A program made the position numbers and the translations under genes. This document shows positions 11,275 through 22,662 of a stretch of DNA of 64,000 bases, piece by piece. Under the pieces are notes generated by a model. It was not told the DNA's origin and did not search any database. It saw only the letters and a list, made by a program, of their open reading frames with translations. Each line of letters starts with the position of its first letter. The stretch's first letter is position 1. Source of the stretch: Ignavibacteriota bacterium (GTDB taxonomy: Bacteria; Bacteroidota; Ignavibacteria; UBA10030; CAVZMI01); the NCBI GenBank assembly GCA_963776275.1, contig CAVZMI010000023.1, positions 192,001 through 256,000 on the forward strand. Direction: 5' to 3'.

Positions 11275-12835
11275 TTACCAGGGAACCAGTGGAGAGCGAT
11301 AGAAATTCACTCCCATTGCCCTTAACCGGGGGCCATGAGCTCCCAGACGGTATTTATATTCGTCGAAGCTTCTTCCCTCAGATAAAGACCAGCCGATCTC
11401 GGCGTAACCCGGAAGCCGCGGGAAAGTCATAAATTCTATGTCACTCATAGTCTTGATTGTTTCCGTCCAGAGCGGAGCTTCTACTCCCAGAATATTTTCT
11501 TCTGTGACTCCGTTCAACTCTGTCGCCGGATCCCAGGAATAGCCATTGTCCACCTCAATATATCCTGCCCAATTCTGTCCTGGAAAAGTGAAGAAATTAT
11601 ATCTCATATCCATGTATGTCCTAGATGCCGGTGACATGATGACCTTCGCACCTCGCTCGACTGCATCTTGAGCCAGCGTGCTATTCCAGTGCTGTGCAAT
11701 AGAAGTACGGAAAATATTTCCCCGGGGAATTTCCTCCCACCCGACCATTTGTTTGCCGTAAGAGTGTACAATAGATTGTATACTATCAATGAACAGTGTA
11801 TACTTGGCCAATGGAATACCGTACGCCTCATCGCCTCCAACATGGAAGTAAAGACCGGGAGTTATTGCTGAAATTTCCCGGATTACGTCATCAAGGAATT
11901 TGTAGGTTGTTTCTTTATCTAAATCAAGAGTACCGAGGAAGTACCAAGTATTGGATAAGATAAAATAGCCGCGCCCATGTGTCCCGGCATATCAATTTCT
12001 GGGACAACTGTGATATAGCGACTCTGAGCATACCCAACGATTTCCATATAATCTGCCTGGGTATAGAATCCTCCGGGATCGTCTCCGTACGCACTGAGGC
12101 CGCCTACGGTTGCTAGGTTCGGCCACGTATTGATCGTAATTCGCCATCCCTGGTCGTCACTAAGGTGCAGGTGAAGTCGGTTTATCTTGTAATAAGCAAT
12201 CAGATCGATTATACGTTTCACATTTTCGACGGTGAAGAAATGTCTTGCAACATCGAGCATCATACCACGCCATTCAAAACGTGGACGATCCGTGATCGTG
12301 CAGGTTTCAATTTCCCACCGACCGGATTGTCTTGTCGAATTCTCGATGGATGGAGGAAGCAATTGTCTGATTGTTTGTATTCCCCGGAATAGACCTGCTG
12401 GCCGAGGTGCGACAAGTGTCACCAAATTATTTTCGGCCGTTAGATAATAGCCCTCTTCACCCAACGCAGGATCTCCCCCGACAGTCGTGATGTATATATT
12501 TCCGTTTTCTAGTGGACCGGATGTCTGAACGACATTCAATTTATATCCTGTTGATGGGCGCAGTTTTTCGGAAAGGTATTCGCCAATCGCTGTTATCTCG
12601 ATTGATCCTGGATTGATGCATATGGAGGCGTTTTCGGATAAGACAAAAGTGCCGGTATGTTTCTGAACAAACTCGGGCCGTGGAATTATACTCTCTAACG
12701 CCGGGAGCGATTGGTTCGATGTTGGTTCCGTCGGTCCTGATTTATGGCATGCTGCCAGGATACATGCACATGCCAGCAGCGTAGTGAGTTTTAATACCTG
12801 CTCGTAAAGTTTCGCTGTGTGTAAAATAATAATTA
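11275..12835 (-). CDS. Beta-N-acetylhexosaminidase (GH20) lipoprotein, frameshifted near 11925
   Basis: DRPRFEWRGMMLDVARHF, HLHLSDDQGW, PEIDMPGH, GGDE, GVEAPLWTE, FPRL. The frame extends upstream of 12539 to a LAAC lipobox. The start is approximate. Confidence 0.85.
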
Positions 12836-12845
12836 TATTTTTCGA

Positions 12846-14558
12846 TCACCTCACCAATATCAATTTTCTTGTTTGGTAGAAATTGCCGGCTTCAAGGCGA
12901 TAGAAATAGACTCCACTTGATAGCGATCCGGCATACCATCGACGTATGTGCAATCCGGCCGGCAGGGTCTCCGATACCGGTGTCGAAATTTCTCGACCCA
13001 TCACATCGAAAACCTTCAACGTAACGAAATCGGGACTTGGCATTTGAAATTTGATCGTTGTCGCCGAGTTAAAGGGGTTGGGATAATTCTGATATACAAA
13101 GAATGTCGACGGCTGCCGGTAATTTACGCCATCGGTGTCGAGAGAACCCCCGGTGAGTTCTATATCTATCCAGGACAACCGGTCGCCGATCCAATTTTTT
13201 AGAAATGAAACCTCTTCAGCATATGTTTTAAAATAATAATAGTTCGGCCAGATCTTAATACCCAGAATCGGCCACTTGATAAAATTTCTTTGCTGTGCTT
13301 CATCAATATATGCGGCGACCGAATCGATAATCCCGTTGATCTTTTGCAGTGTCAATTGATTCTGTCGTAATTCAATCCACCTGCTTTTTACTTTATCCAT
13401 AAATGTCGGGTCGTCAAATAATTGTTTCCACCAGAAAGGAACCAGGTAATTATCGTAGTTCAGAAAGTTTGAATTGGTCGTCAAATAGACCATCTGCCAC
13501 CCGCCGGTTAACCAGGCATCATAATAATCGCAGTTACCCAGTGAATTAGTGAAATCCCAAATCGGACCGATGCCGAGTTTTCCTCCTTTGCTATCTTTGT
13601 CTTTGAACATGTATGCACTTAACCTGTAGGCATCGACATTTCTGGCCAGTTCGTTGATGATCAAATAATCGACAGCAGAGCTAATATCCAGATATTTAGG
13701 GTATCCATTAACGGTATCGGTGTAATCGGCGCTTTTCATAACCGTTTCAAAGGATGATATGAAATTTTGGATATATGCTTCCTGTTCGGAAACGATCTTT
13801 TCAGGTTTTGGATAATAATATTGGTACAGGATCTTTTTTGACGGTGCAGCATAAGGAGGATTCGGTGAAAACCAACCTCTATCAGTGAAACTAAATTTGT
13901 CAATTCGAATTATATATCCTCCGGTGAGAGTGTCGCCGGAAATCTCTGTGGTGTCAATTTTAGAAATATCAACCCGGTTTTTCCCGCGTTTAATGGTTTC
14001 GAATAGCATATAAACGCCCCAGTATCTTCCATTGAGAACAAGCTCAAAGTAGCGTGCGCGGGTTGCATATCTGCCCATACTTCGCGCAAGCGTATACGAT
14101 AAGAAATCCCGCATCAATGACTTGTCGTTATACGCGGCATAGATGACCCAATCAGATTCAGCCGGAAGGTCAAGTAGTGAAACATTAATTCCGTCTCCGG
14201 ATATGTCCCGCGTTTCGAGTCCGAATTGCCTTTTGGGAAATTGCTGCGAGCTCGAGCCCCGGGCTTCAATTCCGATTTTGCCGTTATAATTGTACACCGT
14301 ATCGGTGATGGCATTCCGTTGTCCCTCACCGTTATAAATAATTTTCATATCAGCGGTAATCTTCGGTTCATCGGGGATTGTTTGTCCGTGTGTATCAATC
14401 ACAATGATCGGCAGATTCGACGAGGTAAAAACGACGGTATCGGCGGCCAGATTATCTGAATCCTGAATTGAATAATTTTCCTGCGCGTGAAGGATAATGG
14501 AAAATATCGTGATGCAAGAAAAGCTGATACAAAATATTTTAAAGTAAAAATTGATCAC
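12846..14558 (-). CDS. CotH kinase-family protein with T9SS C-terminal domain
   Basis: RGSSS..FPK, DKSLMRD, ELARNVDAY, GPIWDF and C-terminal QNYPNPFN...SGVYFYRL. Confidence 0.88.
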   Translation of the reverse strand: MINFYFKIFCISFSCITIFSIILHAQENYSIQDSDNLAADTVVFTSSNLPIIVIDTHGQTIPDEPKITADMKIIYNGEGQRNAITDTVYNYNGKIGIEARGSSSQQFPKRQFGLETRDISGDGINVSLLDLPAESDWVIYAAYNDKSLMRDFLSYTLARSMGRYATRARYFELVLNGRYWGVYMLFETIKRGKNRVDISKIDTTEISGDTLTGGYIIRIDKFSFTDRGWFSPNPPYAAPSKKILYQYYYPKPEKIVSEQEAYIQNFISSFETVMKSADYTDTVNGYPKYLDISSAVDYLIINELARNVDAYRLSAYMFKDKDSKGGKLGIGPIWDFTNSLGNCDYYDAWLTGGWQMVYLTTNSNFLNYDNYLVPFWWKQLFDDPTFMDKVKSRWIELRQNQLTLQKINGIIDSVAAYIDEAQQRNFIKWPILGIKIWPNYYYFKTYAEEVSFLKNWIGDRLSWIDIELTGGSLDTDGVNYRQPSTFFVYQNYPNPFNSATTIKFQMPSPDFVTLKVFDVMGREISTPVSETLPAGLHIRRWYAGSLSSGVYFYRLEAGNFYQTRKLILVR

Positions 14559-14676
14559 GCGAGATTTCAGTAATACTCCTTTTAATACAATAATACACCG
14601 AGTATTAGTATTTAACGCAGATCGGTCATGTGTGCGTACAGAACTACTTTTTGAATAGACAAGTGTCGCATTATGT

Positions 14677-15156
14677 CTACTTAATTACTCCCGGCGGATC
14701 GGGTTGAGGACTGAGCTCGTTCAAGCCCGTTTTGAGTATGATCTTCACCGGCTGATAGATGATTGTAATCGGGAGCCATGTCACCTCGTCGTCAATCTTG
14801 ATATAGTCGGTAGGCGGGAGTTTAGAAGCCGCCTCTTTTGTCAGTTTTCCGGAAATTGTAAGCTTGCCCTGGGTTCCCTTAACGACTGGTTTAATTGGCG
14901 GATCAGGATCGATAATACTGATAGAACCGACGACGCCTAATTTGGGGTTGAAATTCTTGACTTCGACAATCTGCCTGTTTGGGAGCTTGAACTTGAAATG
15001 TCCTGCAGCAATCTTCTGGACTGTCGTCCCTTTCGGCAGAGTAATCGATTTCTGTTGAGCGAATGCTGTCGAGGAAAATACGAGGAATACGGCAATCAGA
15101 AAAAGTGACGTCAGTGACATCACAATAGTCTCTTTATTCATGCGATAGGTTTTCAT
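14677..15156 (-). CDS. Secreted hypothetical protein (tandem paralog 1)
   Basis: Signal peptide and GGAGG RBS. Highly similar to 15218-15649. Confidence 0.75.
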   Translation of the reverse strand: MKTYRMNKETIVMSLTSLFLIAVFLVFSSTAFAQQKSITLPKGTTVQKIAAGHFKFKLPNRQIVEVKNFNPKLGVVGSISIIDPDPPIKPVVKGTQGKLTISGKLTKEAASKLPPTDYIKIDDEVTWLPITIIYQPVKIILKTGLNELSPQPDPPGVIK

Positions 15157-15217
15157 GATTACCTCCTTTGTAGTAGCACAGTAGCCACTTTATTATGTAT
15201 GAAACAGACCACAATAG

Positions 15218-15649
15218 TTATTTTACCACCGGCTGATAGAAAAGTGTAATCGGAAGCCACGTTACGTCATCGTCGATCTGGATGTATTCAATGGGCTTAA
15301 GTTTTGACGCCGCCTCTTTGGTCAGTTTCCCGGAGGAAACAAATTTTCCCAGATTTCCGGATACAATGGGGATCCACCCGATCTTGCTGTGCGGATCCGG
15401 ATTAAAAACTCCGATAGAACCGATCATGCCTGTTTTGGGATTGAAGTTTTTCACTTCCACGATCTGCCGGTTCGGGAGTCTGAATTTGAAATGCCCGGGA
15501 CCGATTTTTTGCACCGTCGTCCCTTTCGGCAGTGTGATCGATTTCTGTTGAGCGAATGCCGTCGAGGAAAATACAAGGAATACGGCAATCAGAAAAAGTG
15601 ACGTCAGTGACATCACAATAGCTTCCTTACTTCTTCTATAAGCTTTCAT
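15218..15649 (-). CDS. Secreted hypothetical protein (tandem paralog 2)
   Basis: Shares its N-terminal ~70 aa and RBS region with 14677-15156. Confidence 0.75.
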   Translation of the reverse strand: MKAYRRSKEAIVMSLTSLFLIAVFLVFSSTAFAQQKSITLPKGTTVQKIGPGHFKFRLPNRQIVEVKNFNPKTGMIGSIGVFNPDPHSKIGWIPIVSGNLGKFVSSGKLTKEAASKLKPIEYIQIDDDVTWLPITLFYQPVVK

Positions 15650-15700
15650 GATTACCTCCTTTGTGTCCGAAATGTGGAGTAAATTTAGTGTACGCTTTTT

Positions 15701-16231
15701 TTATCTAGAAAAAACGCGACGGATAGAAACAATGGCGTCTGCCAGTGGTATTCGTCCGCAATTGCACTTTGACAATTTTGGACACCGCTGCATGCATACA
15801 ACCAGCGTGTATTTCACATCGGGTTTCAGACGGCCAATAGCAATCCAGGGCCCCCCGGTGGGGCATGCTGTATAATTATGCATAATAACTGAATCGCCCT
15901 GATAGACTGTTCCGCATGCACGGCAGCTGGGAGTTATAGTATCTCCATTGAAATAGCTTACCGTGAGATAATAAGTCGTGTCTATCTGCACCATGAAATC
16001 ACGCTTGACGCAATCTCCGGCTTTCGAAGGACAAGGTATCGAATCTGAACATGATGTATCGCGCACCGATACTATTATTGGCACAGGCCAAAGCGGGTCC
16101 TCGATTTCCCCCGGCAATAATGGTCTGAAGCGCTCGAACCTGTCACCACATGACCATACCATCAATAGCATTGTGGCGGCGAGGATAGTTATTATGATTT
16201 TCTTCATAAATTCCTCCGAGTGGTTTGCCAA
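15701..16231 (-). CDS. Cys-rich putative lipoprotein
   Basis: MKKIIITILAATMLLMVWSC lipoprotein signal and many Cys residues. Confidence 0.6.
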   Translation of the reverse strand: MANHSEEFMKKIIITILAATMLLMVWSCGDRFERFRPLLPGEIEDPLWPVPIIVSVRDTSCSDSIPCPSKAGDCVKRDFMVQIDTTYYLTVSYFNGDTITPSCRACGTVYQGDSVIMHNYTACPTGGPWIAIGRLKPDVKYTLVVCMQRCPKLSKCNCGRIPLADAIVSIRRVFSR

Positions 16232-16288
16232 ATATTTATTCTCTATGTATAAAAATTATTTCTGAAGCAACGTCGGCCTGCTATTAAT

Positions 16289-16759
16289 CTATACGGCTGG
16301 ACCTGACGAAGCTGCGTGTTCTTTTTGTGCCCTTTTTTTATAGATATAGCCAAGCGTTGCTCCAAATCCCGTGAATCCGACTAATTGATAGAGCAGCCAG
16401 AAAGTCTGATCCGGGATATTGATAGATCCATAAATTAAAGGGTGGGAGAGATTCCACAACGATATAATGAACCAAAAAGCAAATCCATAGGTAAGTCCAT
16501 GTAGTATGCCGTTCAATTTTTTCTGCAGGGGGAGCATTTCATATGTGAATGTAAAGAGGAGTCCGAAAGACCATCCTATCGCTAATTTTGTCCAGACAAA
16601 ATAAAAAGCATTCATTTGTTCCTCGGTGAACTTCCCCGGAGGAGCAAATTGGGGTCCGTAAATAATTCTGGAGAAAATTGCACCTCCGATAAAAAGAAAA
16701 ACTCCCATCGCGAGTCCTGATATTGTACCTGCGGTTATGATTCTTTTAATTTTTATCAT
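16289..16759 (-). CDS. Four-TM membrane protein
   Basis: Hydrophobic ORF. The probable start is MIKIKR at 16759, because the longer track start overlaps DUF3795. Confidence 0.6.
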   Translation of the reverse strand: MIKIKRIITAGTISGLAMGVFLFIGGAIFSRIIYGPQFAPPGKFTEEQMNAFYFVWTKLAIGWSFGLLFTFTYEMLPLQKKLNGILHGLTYGFAFWFIISLWNLSHPLIYGSINIPDQTFWLLYQLVGFTGFGATLGYIYKKRAQKEHAASSGPAV

Positions 16760-17135
16760 TATTATTTTTCCTGTCGGTTCTGATTGCCTCAAGTTGTGTC
16801 CTGGCGCTTGCGTCGGTGGCGAACAACTTCTGCAATTTCTCGCATGCATAGTCTGTGCAGTAAGCACAGCTGTCAAGCTTTCTCTGTCTTGCACAGCTCC
16901 TGATTTCGCACTTGCTGGAGGCTGAAAATAATCTTCCTGTTTCGGAACGGCATCCATCGCAGTCGGTGATATCCTCCTGTCGGACATCCATACCGTAGTG
17001 CTCGCGGCAGAGCCGTGCGATATCGACCCTCATTTCTTGCTGTTTTTGTTTATCCTGCTCTCTGGTTGCCCAGTAGATAGGACAGCCCTCGCAATTCAAG
17101 CCGCAGTATGCAAACGCAATACTATTCACCTTCAC
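16746..17135 (-). CDS. DUF3795-type Cys-rich protein
   Basis: YCGLNCEGCP...CDGCR...CEIRSC...CAYC.DYACEKL. Confidence 0.8.
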   Translation of the reverse strand: MKVNSIAFAYCGLNCEGCPIYWATREQDKQKQQEMRVDIARLCREHYGMDVRQEDITDCDGCRSETGRLFSASSKCEIRSCARQRKLDSCAYCTDYACEKLQKLFATDASARTQLEAIRTDRKNNNDKN

Positions 17136-17439
17136 CCGTCGGTTCGTTTTGACAAAAGATCTCGAACGTTGGCGGAGTCACTTCAGGCGCAAAGTTTGTA
17201 TAAATGGGCTTCTCGTTGCGCAGCAGATCGATGAAATTCATGAACTGACTGAAGGACTGGTAACCGAAGCCAATTTTAGTGGCAACATCAAAGCTGTTGG
17301 GCGGCAGTGTCGCCGAAGGATCCATGAAAATCAGGTTGAGTACACAATCGCTGCAGGACAGAATTATTCGCCCACCTGCTTTTCCTTCGTTCGGGCACAG
17401 ATACGCATCGTATTTTTGTACTGTTCTGGTGAATGGCAT
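17122..17439 (-). CDS. Hypothetical protein
   Basis: ORF with AGGAGG RBS, ending DLLRNEKP...EPTGEGE. Confidence 0.65.
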   Translation of the reverse strand: MPFTRTVQKYDAYLCPNEGKAGGRIILSCSDCVLNLIFMDPSATLPPNSFDVATKIGFGYQSFSQFMNFIDLLRNEKPIYTNFAPEVTPPTFEIFCQNEPTGEGE

Positions 17440-17563
17440 TTGTTCCTCCTATGGACATCACATGCGTTTTATTGAATAAGGTAATGTCGTACTTTTGGGT
17501 TATCTGCTCGAATCCTCCTTGTCCACGTATCGATTTATCGCAACTTCGGCAAGAACTGTAAAT

Positions 17564-20536
17564 TTATCTTACGAGCACCATCTTGTTTGTTTTAACAAAA
17601 TTTCCCGCTTTGATCCTATAAAGATAAACACCGCTGCTCAAGTTACCGCTGTCTCCGCTCGAGGCGGGGAACTTTACTTCATAAGTGCCGGCATTTTGTT
17701 CCTGATCAACCAATGTAGCTATTTCCCGTCCGAGTATATCGAACACTTTAAGTTCTACGCTGACACGCGACGGAAGTCGATAGCTGATCATCGTTTCAGG
17801 ATTGAAGGGATTAGGATAATTCTGGTCGAGCTGAAAAAACCCGGGTAGCCGGTTTGGTGTATCGCCGATACCGTTCACCAGATCGTCTCTTCCCGGCGAT
17901 CCATTGATACTTAAAGATGCCCGCCAGTAGTTGGCTGAATCGGGGTTGCCATAACCGTTTATATTTTTTACTACAAGTGAATACCCGTCCCCATCTGCCG
18001 AATCCGGCCAGGGTGCTTTATCGTTGTAGCGAACGGTAAAAAGTGTATCGCCTGGAAGGTCGACCAATGTCAAACGCTCTCCAACATTGTCCAGCTGTTG
18101 GTTATACTCACCGGTCGGTGCAAATCCGTATCGTTTCTGAAACATCCCGGCATTTGATGCCAGTACAACGAAGCTCCCCGGCAATACGGGCGATTCATTC
18201 GGAAACGTATAATCAATGCCCTGGACGAAATGCGCGCCTGCAAGTGATAGAGACGATGATCCTACATTTTTCAATTCGATAAACTCAAACTCGGTACCAC
18301 TGATATCTCCATCAGGCAGCGGATCATAATGAATTTCTGTAATTTTCATTCCACTCAAATCTTCTCCGGTGTTGAGTAAAATTTCATGTAAAGCGCTCCA
18401 GGTATTGTCGTTTTTCACCCGGGCCTTCAGTGCAGTGTTTGAATTGATTGTCAATTCAATTTCGTCTCCGGCATCGGCAGCCGAGGGACTCGAAGCTCCT
18501 CCTATGGCACGCGGGTCCGTGCCGTCAAGTGTATAGAAAACCGAGCCCACCTGAGATGTGTTGGTATTAACAAGACGGACTTTGTCGCCTTTCTGAATTG
18601 TCAATATGTCATTCTTGATTTCTTGAGAACCGGACATGATCTTCGGCGGATCGATTGATGGATAGAGCTTATCGGCCTTAAGCTGATCAAGGACTATCCC
18701 GGTACGGGCAGGGAAAAACGAGTCCATTATCCACGATATTGATGGTGACCAATCATCATCTTTTGTACGCGGAGGATGCACTTTTGTATCCCCCCAGCGG
18801 GCAGATTCTGCGATTACAGCCGTATCGATCTCATCCCTCCGGTTAGCCAGTCGCTGCTCAGAGGCCTCCGCCGTCAATGCGCCGTGATTGAAAAAATGAC
18901 GGTATATATGATTGGAAAACAACACTTTATATTCATTGTTCGAGGAGAGTCGTTCATGGAGCCATTGAGGGTTGAAGTACTGTACTATATTTCCGCAGCC
19001 ATACGGTCCTGTGCGGTTCAGGCCATAATCTCCATTCTCGCTGTATTGCGGTTGCATCAAAGTATGTTCCGCGTCGTGTACGAAAAATAAAAATCCGCTG
19101 CGACCTATCCTGTTATAGATGCCGTAAAAATTATTTGGTTGTGAATTACCCGTAAAGGCACTTATCGGCGCGTCGAAATTTCCCGTGTAATAAATGATAA
19201 GAAGGTAGTCTATCAAATTATCCAGGTTGGCAAGCACAGGATAATCTAGGTTCATCGAACCGTCTGGATTCTTTCCCTGTATTTTAAAGTAATTTTCGTT
19301 CGACTGGAATCCTGCCTTCGAATACGACCAGAGCTGATTATAGGCATCAAGGGTTCCGTCTGTTGCTTCAATATTTCTGTTATTGACCTGATCCACTTTG
19401 ACAACATCGTAATCGTCCTTGTTCCCTCCAAAATAGGATTCCGCGAAAGAAGCTTCGGGCCTTTCCTGAGTCTGGTACAGGCCCCAGTACATACCGTCAA
19501 GATAGAGATGATACTCGCGGCTTCGCGTGTACGGCTGCCCCATGTCGCGCTGGCAATCGCGGGAAAACAGATCCCTGATAAATATACAGACGTGGCCTGA
19601 GTACGATTGGTAGCTCCATGAATAATTTTGTGCCGATCTGAGATCCACGCAATCGAATTCTGAAACACCCTCATCTCCGAACAGCGGATATTTTAACTTG
19701 GCTTCACCGTAATCTTTCCGGAAAAAGAAACGGAATGCGTGTTTGAGCTGCCCGGATTCACCTGTGGGAATACGGCTGTAGCCTCCGCGGAGCCGAAGAC
19801 CTGCATTAATCTGAAATCCCTTCTCTTTTTTATGAGGATCGATTAATTCGATTGCTGCCGGTCTTTCCCATTCCATGCCGCGTCCCAGCGGATTTACATA
19901 AATTCCTATTGTCGGATCGAAGAGATTCTTCAAATCCGTATTAATGCATATACTCGGAATCTCAAGGAGGGCATCATCAATAAGGTCTTTATATCGCACA
20001 TTGTTCACTACGTCCGGATCCATTTCATAGTCCAGAATTTTAGCGTTAACGATACCCTGCGGCCAATTGCCACCCGGATATTTTTGATTCTTCACCTGAT
20101 CGGTAAAAATATAGGTTTGAGATCCGGCGTCGGTCACCGGTATATCGTTTACTTTCGCATAGGCGCGTACCACTACTGCCGGTGTCGCCGCACGGCCCTG
20201 TGTACTGGCCGGATCGATTCGTATAGTTGCCGGTGAAGGTGTATTGATAGCTGCCGGATTATTTCTTGGGTCGGATCCGTCGAGTGTATAACAGATTATA
20301 GATCCTTGATCATCCCATGAGATCGTGAGATCAAAGGGTGATGTATAAAATCCGTGGTCTACCGAATAATCGGGTAATTCGGTGAGTCCTGAATCTGAAA
20401 CAAGCTCGGAACCGGAGCCGTATATGTGCGAAGAACCAACCCCTGCTCCGGTTTTTTCGGAGATTGGCGGTTGTGCAGGGAGGGTTGAGATCGAGAGTAG
20501 TGAAATGATGATCGATGAAATTAACGAACGGAACAT
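17564..20536 (-). CDS. CotH-like kinase with lamin-tail and FN3-like domains and T9SS C-terminal domain
   Basis: YTLDG(S/T)DP repeats, LRLRGGYSR, GMYWGLY, ITEIHYDP...EFIELKN (LTD), QNYPNPFNPET. Confidence 0.85.
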   Translation of the reverse strand: MFRSLISSIIISLLSISTLPAQPPISEKTGAGVGSSHIYGSGSELVSDSGLTELPDYSVDHGFYTSPFDLTISWDDQGSIICYTLDGSDPRNNPAAINTPSPATIRIDPASTQGRAATPAVVVRAYAKVNDIPVTDAGSQTYIFTDQVKNQKYPGGNWPQGIVNAKILDYEMDPDVVNNVRYKDLIDDALLEIPSICINTDLKNLFDPTIGIYVNPLGRGMEWERPAAIELIDPHKKEKGFQINAGLRLRGGYSRIPTGESGQLKHAFRFFFRKDYGEAKLKYPLFGDEGVSEFDCVDLRSAQNYSWSYQSYSGHVCIFIRDLFSRDCQRDMGQPYTRSREYHLYLDGMYWGLYQTQERPEASFAESYFGGNKDDYDVVKVDQVNNRNIEATDGTLDAYNQLWSYSKAGFQSNENYFKIQGKNPDGSMNLDYPVLANLDNLIDYLLIIYYTGNFDAPISAFTGNSQPNNFYGIYNRIGRSGFLFFVHDAEHTLMQPQYSENGDYGLNRTGPYGCGNIVQYFNPQWLHERLSSNNEYKVLFSNHIYRHFFNHGALTAEASEQRLANRRDEIDTAVIAESARWGDTKVHPPRTKDDDWSPSISWIMDSFFPARTGIVLDQLKADKLYPSIDPPKIMSGSQEIKNDILTIQKGDKVRLVNTNTSQVGSVFYTLDGTDPRAIGGASSPSAADAGDEIELTINSNTALKARVKNDNTWSALHEILLNTGEDLSGMKITEIHYDPLPDGDISGTEFEFIELKNVGSSSLSLAGAHFVQGIDYTFPNESPVLPGSFVVLASNAGMFQKRYGFAPTGEYNQQLDNVGERLTLVDLPGDTLFTVRYNDKAPWPDSADGDGYSLVVKNINGYGNPDSANYWRASLSINGSPGRDDLVNGIGDTPNRLPGFFQLDQNYPNPFNPETMISYRLPSRVSVELKVFDILGREIATLVDQEQNAGTYEVKFPASSGDSGNLSSGVYLYRIKAGNFVKTNKMVLVR

Positions 20537-20831
20537 GCAGTGTTTCTCCTTGGGGAATTATTTTTCGAGAAAGAAAGGTACGCCACTCTTACCTAAAAAG
20601 CCACAATATTTTACTCGATGAAATCGAATGTAAAATTCTCAGAGTCGGTCACCAATAGGGCATTTTCTTTCCGATTAATGTGCGACTGATACGTATCCGG
20701 GTTATGACAATGAAGAGGATTTACGGGGCTTACCCCATAAATATTTAATGAAAAACGGTGCTTTTTTGGTTAATATTTCGTATTCTTAAATGATAAATAA
20801 TAATATTGAGAATCCGTAAGCGATTATTTTC

Positions 20832-21896
20832 ATGTTGAGAAAAAGGTCAAAACTTGTATTATACGCCAGCCCCATCTTTGTGGGAATAATATTACTACAG
20901 ATTTTTTTCGATGTAAGAGTTCCTCACAGCCTTGATACCTATTTTGAAGTAAATCCTCTACAAAAATGGGTATTGGCGAAGGGGACTGAAGGACAAATTT
21001 TTTCAAGTATCGTCGACTATAAATTGGCAATTTCAAATACCTTTACCGTTGTGCAGTTTGAACGTGGGGAGTCGATGAATTTTACATTGGCTCAATCAAT
21101 TCAATCCAAATCCTTCATCAATAAAGGAGATACCATCGGCATCATCAATTCAACCAGTCTGCAAGAACGGCTGACGCAATTAGGGGGGAGTCTTCTTGTA
21201 GCAAAAGCAGATTTGGCTGCTAAAAGCACAGGAGAGAAACAGGCACTGATAGATGAAGCTAAAAATAAATTAGCATACACAGAAGCTGAAATTCAACAAA
21301 AAACATTAACTTATGAAAGAATGGAGGAACTGCATAACAGAGGATATATTTCTCAGGGTGAATACGAAATATATCTCTGGGATTTAAAGCAATTAAAAAT
21401 TCTCCGTGAGGTAAACAAAGCTCAGCTTGAAGCTCTGACGACCGGGAGTAAAAGTGAAGAACTGCAGATATTACGATCGACCATTGATTCGTACATCAAG
21501 GAGATACGGCTTCTGAAGAGCAGACTGGACGATTTTGTGCTCACCGCACCGATCGCCGGAGAAGTCGCCAAATATGTTTCGCGGGATACACTGCTCAAAG
21601 TAAATAACACATCGCAAATAATTCTGACCGCACCTGTTCGGTATTCAGATTCACGGGACCTGACAGAAGGTCAGACTGTGAAATTATCTCTCAGGGGTTT
21701 TCCCGATGAAATTACGGGTCAACTGGTGTCCATCTCAAGAGAAATAACAATTTTGAATGGTGTCCAGATTCTTTATTCCAGAATATTGCTTGATTCTCCC
21801 GATAAGAGTCTGGTACCCGGATTACTTGTCGGGGGAGAAATCATACTTCCAAAAATTACCGTAAAAGAATATATGTTTTCGTTGTTGAGGAATTGA
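20832..21896 (+). CDS. HlyD-like membrane fusion protein
   Basis: N-terminal TM helix, long coiled coil, LTAPIAGEV. Confidence 0.7.
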   Translation: MLRKRSKLVLYASPIFVGIILLQIFFDVRVPHSLDTYFEVNPLQKWVLAKGTEGQIFSSIVDYKLAISNTFTVVQFERGESMNFTLAQSIQSKSFINKGDTIGIINSTSLQERLTQLGGSLLVAKADLAAKSTGEKQALIDEAKNKLAYTEAEIQQKTLTYERMEELHNRGYISQGEYEIYLWDLKQLKILREVNKAQLEALTTGSKSEELQILRSTIDSYIKEIRLLKSRLDDFVLTAPIAGEVAKYVSRDTLLKVNNTSQIILTAPVRYSDSRDLTEGQTVKLSLRGFPDEITGQLVSISREITILNGVQILYSRILLDSPDKSLVPGLLVGGEIILPKITVKEYMFSLLRN

Positions 21897-21903
21897 GAAA
21901 GTA

Positions 21904-22662
21904 ATGAAAAATAGGCTGGAATATAAATATCTTGTTTCGACAATGTACCTGGAAAACCTCCGTACCAGCCTGTTAGGCTATCTCGACTACGATGACTATG
22001 CTTCAATACGTCCGAATAAAGAATACACCGTGCGTAGTATATACCTCGATAGTTTTGATTACAAATGTTATTATGAAAAACTGGACGGTACGCACACAAG
22101 AAAAAAATTAAGAATACGTGGGTACAACCAGAAAGAAGATAATTCGCGGGTCTTTTTTGAAATAAAACGCAAGAACGATAATTTTGTTTCCAAAGACAGG
22201 GTACGCGTGCCCATTCAGGATATACGGAAAACGTTAAGCAGTTCTAATTCGGTACCGCAGCTGGATGTCGAAGAAAAAAAATATCTAAATAATTTTTTCT
22301 TTTATTATCAATTACGACATCTTGAACCAAAAGTTCTGGTTGTCTATGAACGGGAACCGTTCCAGTGCAAATTTGGATCTCATTTAAGAATAACAATCGA
22401 TAAAAATCTGAGAAGCAAAGTAGTGTACGATTATGATATGCTGTTTGATGAAGAAGGATTTACAGGAGGTAATAGGAAGGAATTCATATTGGAGATCAAG
22501 TTTTATCAGGTGTTACCTCAATGGATTGATAAGGTGATAGGGAAATACAATTTAACCCGCATCGCTGTTTCGAAATATACTTCATGCATCGATATGCAGC
22601 ATCGTTTTTCAATCTCACTAAATAAATCAATTCGAAATGACTTTGATTACAGGATACAATAA
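21904..22662 (+). CDS. Polyphosphate polymerase (VTC) domain protein
   Basis: RLEYKY, RSIYLDS, RKKLRIRGY, FFEIKRK, LRITID, ILEIK, SKY. Confidence 0.88.
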   Translation: MKNRLEYKYLVSTMYLENLRTSLLGYLDYDDYASIRPNKEYTVRSIYLDSFDYKCYYEKLDGTHTRKKLRIRGYNQKEDNSRVFFEIKRKNDNFVSKDRVRVPIQDIRKTLSSSNSVPQLDVEEKKYLNNFFFYYQLRHLEPKVLVVYEREPFQCKFGSHLRITIDKNLRSKVVYDYDMLFDEEGFTGGNRKEFILEIKFYQVLPQWIDKVIGKYNLTRIAVSKYTSCIDMQHRFSISLNKSIRNDFDYRIQ

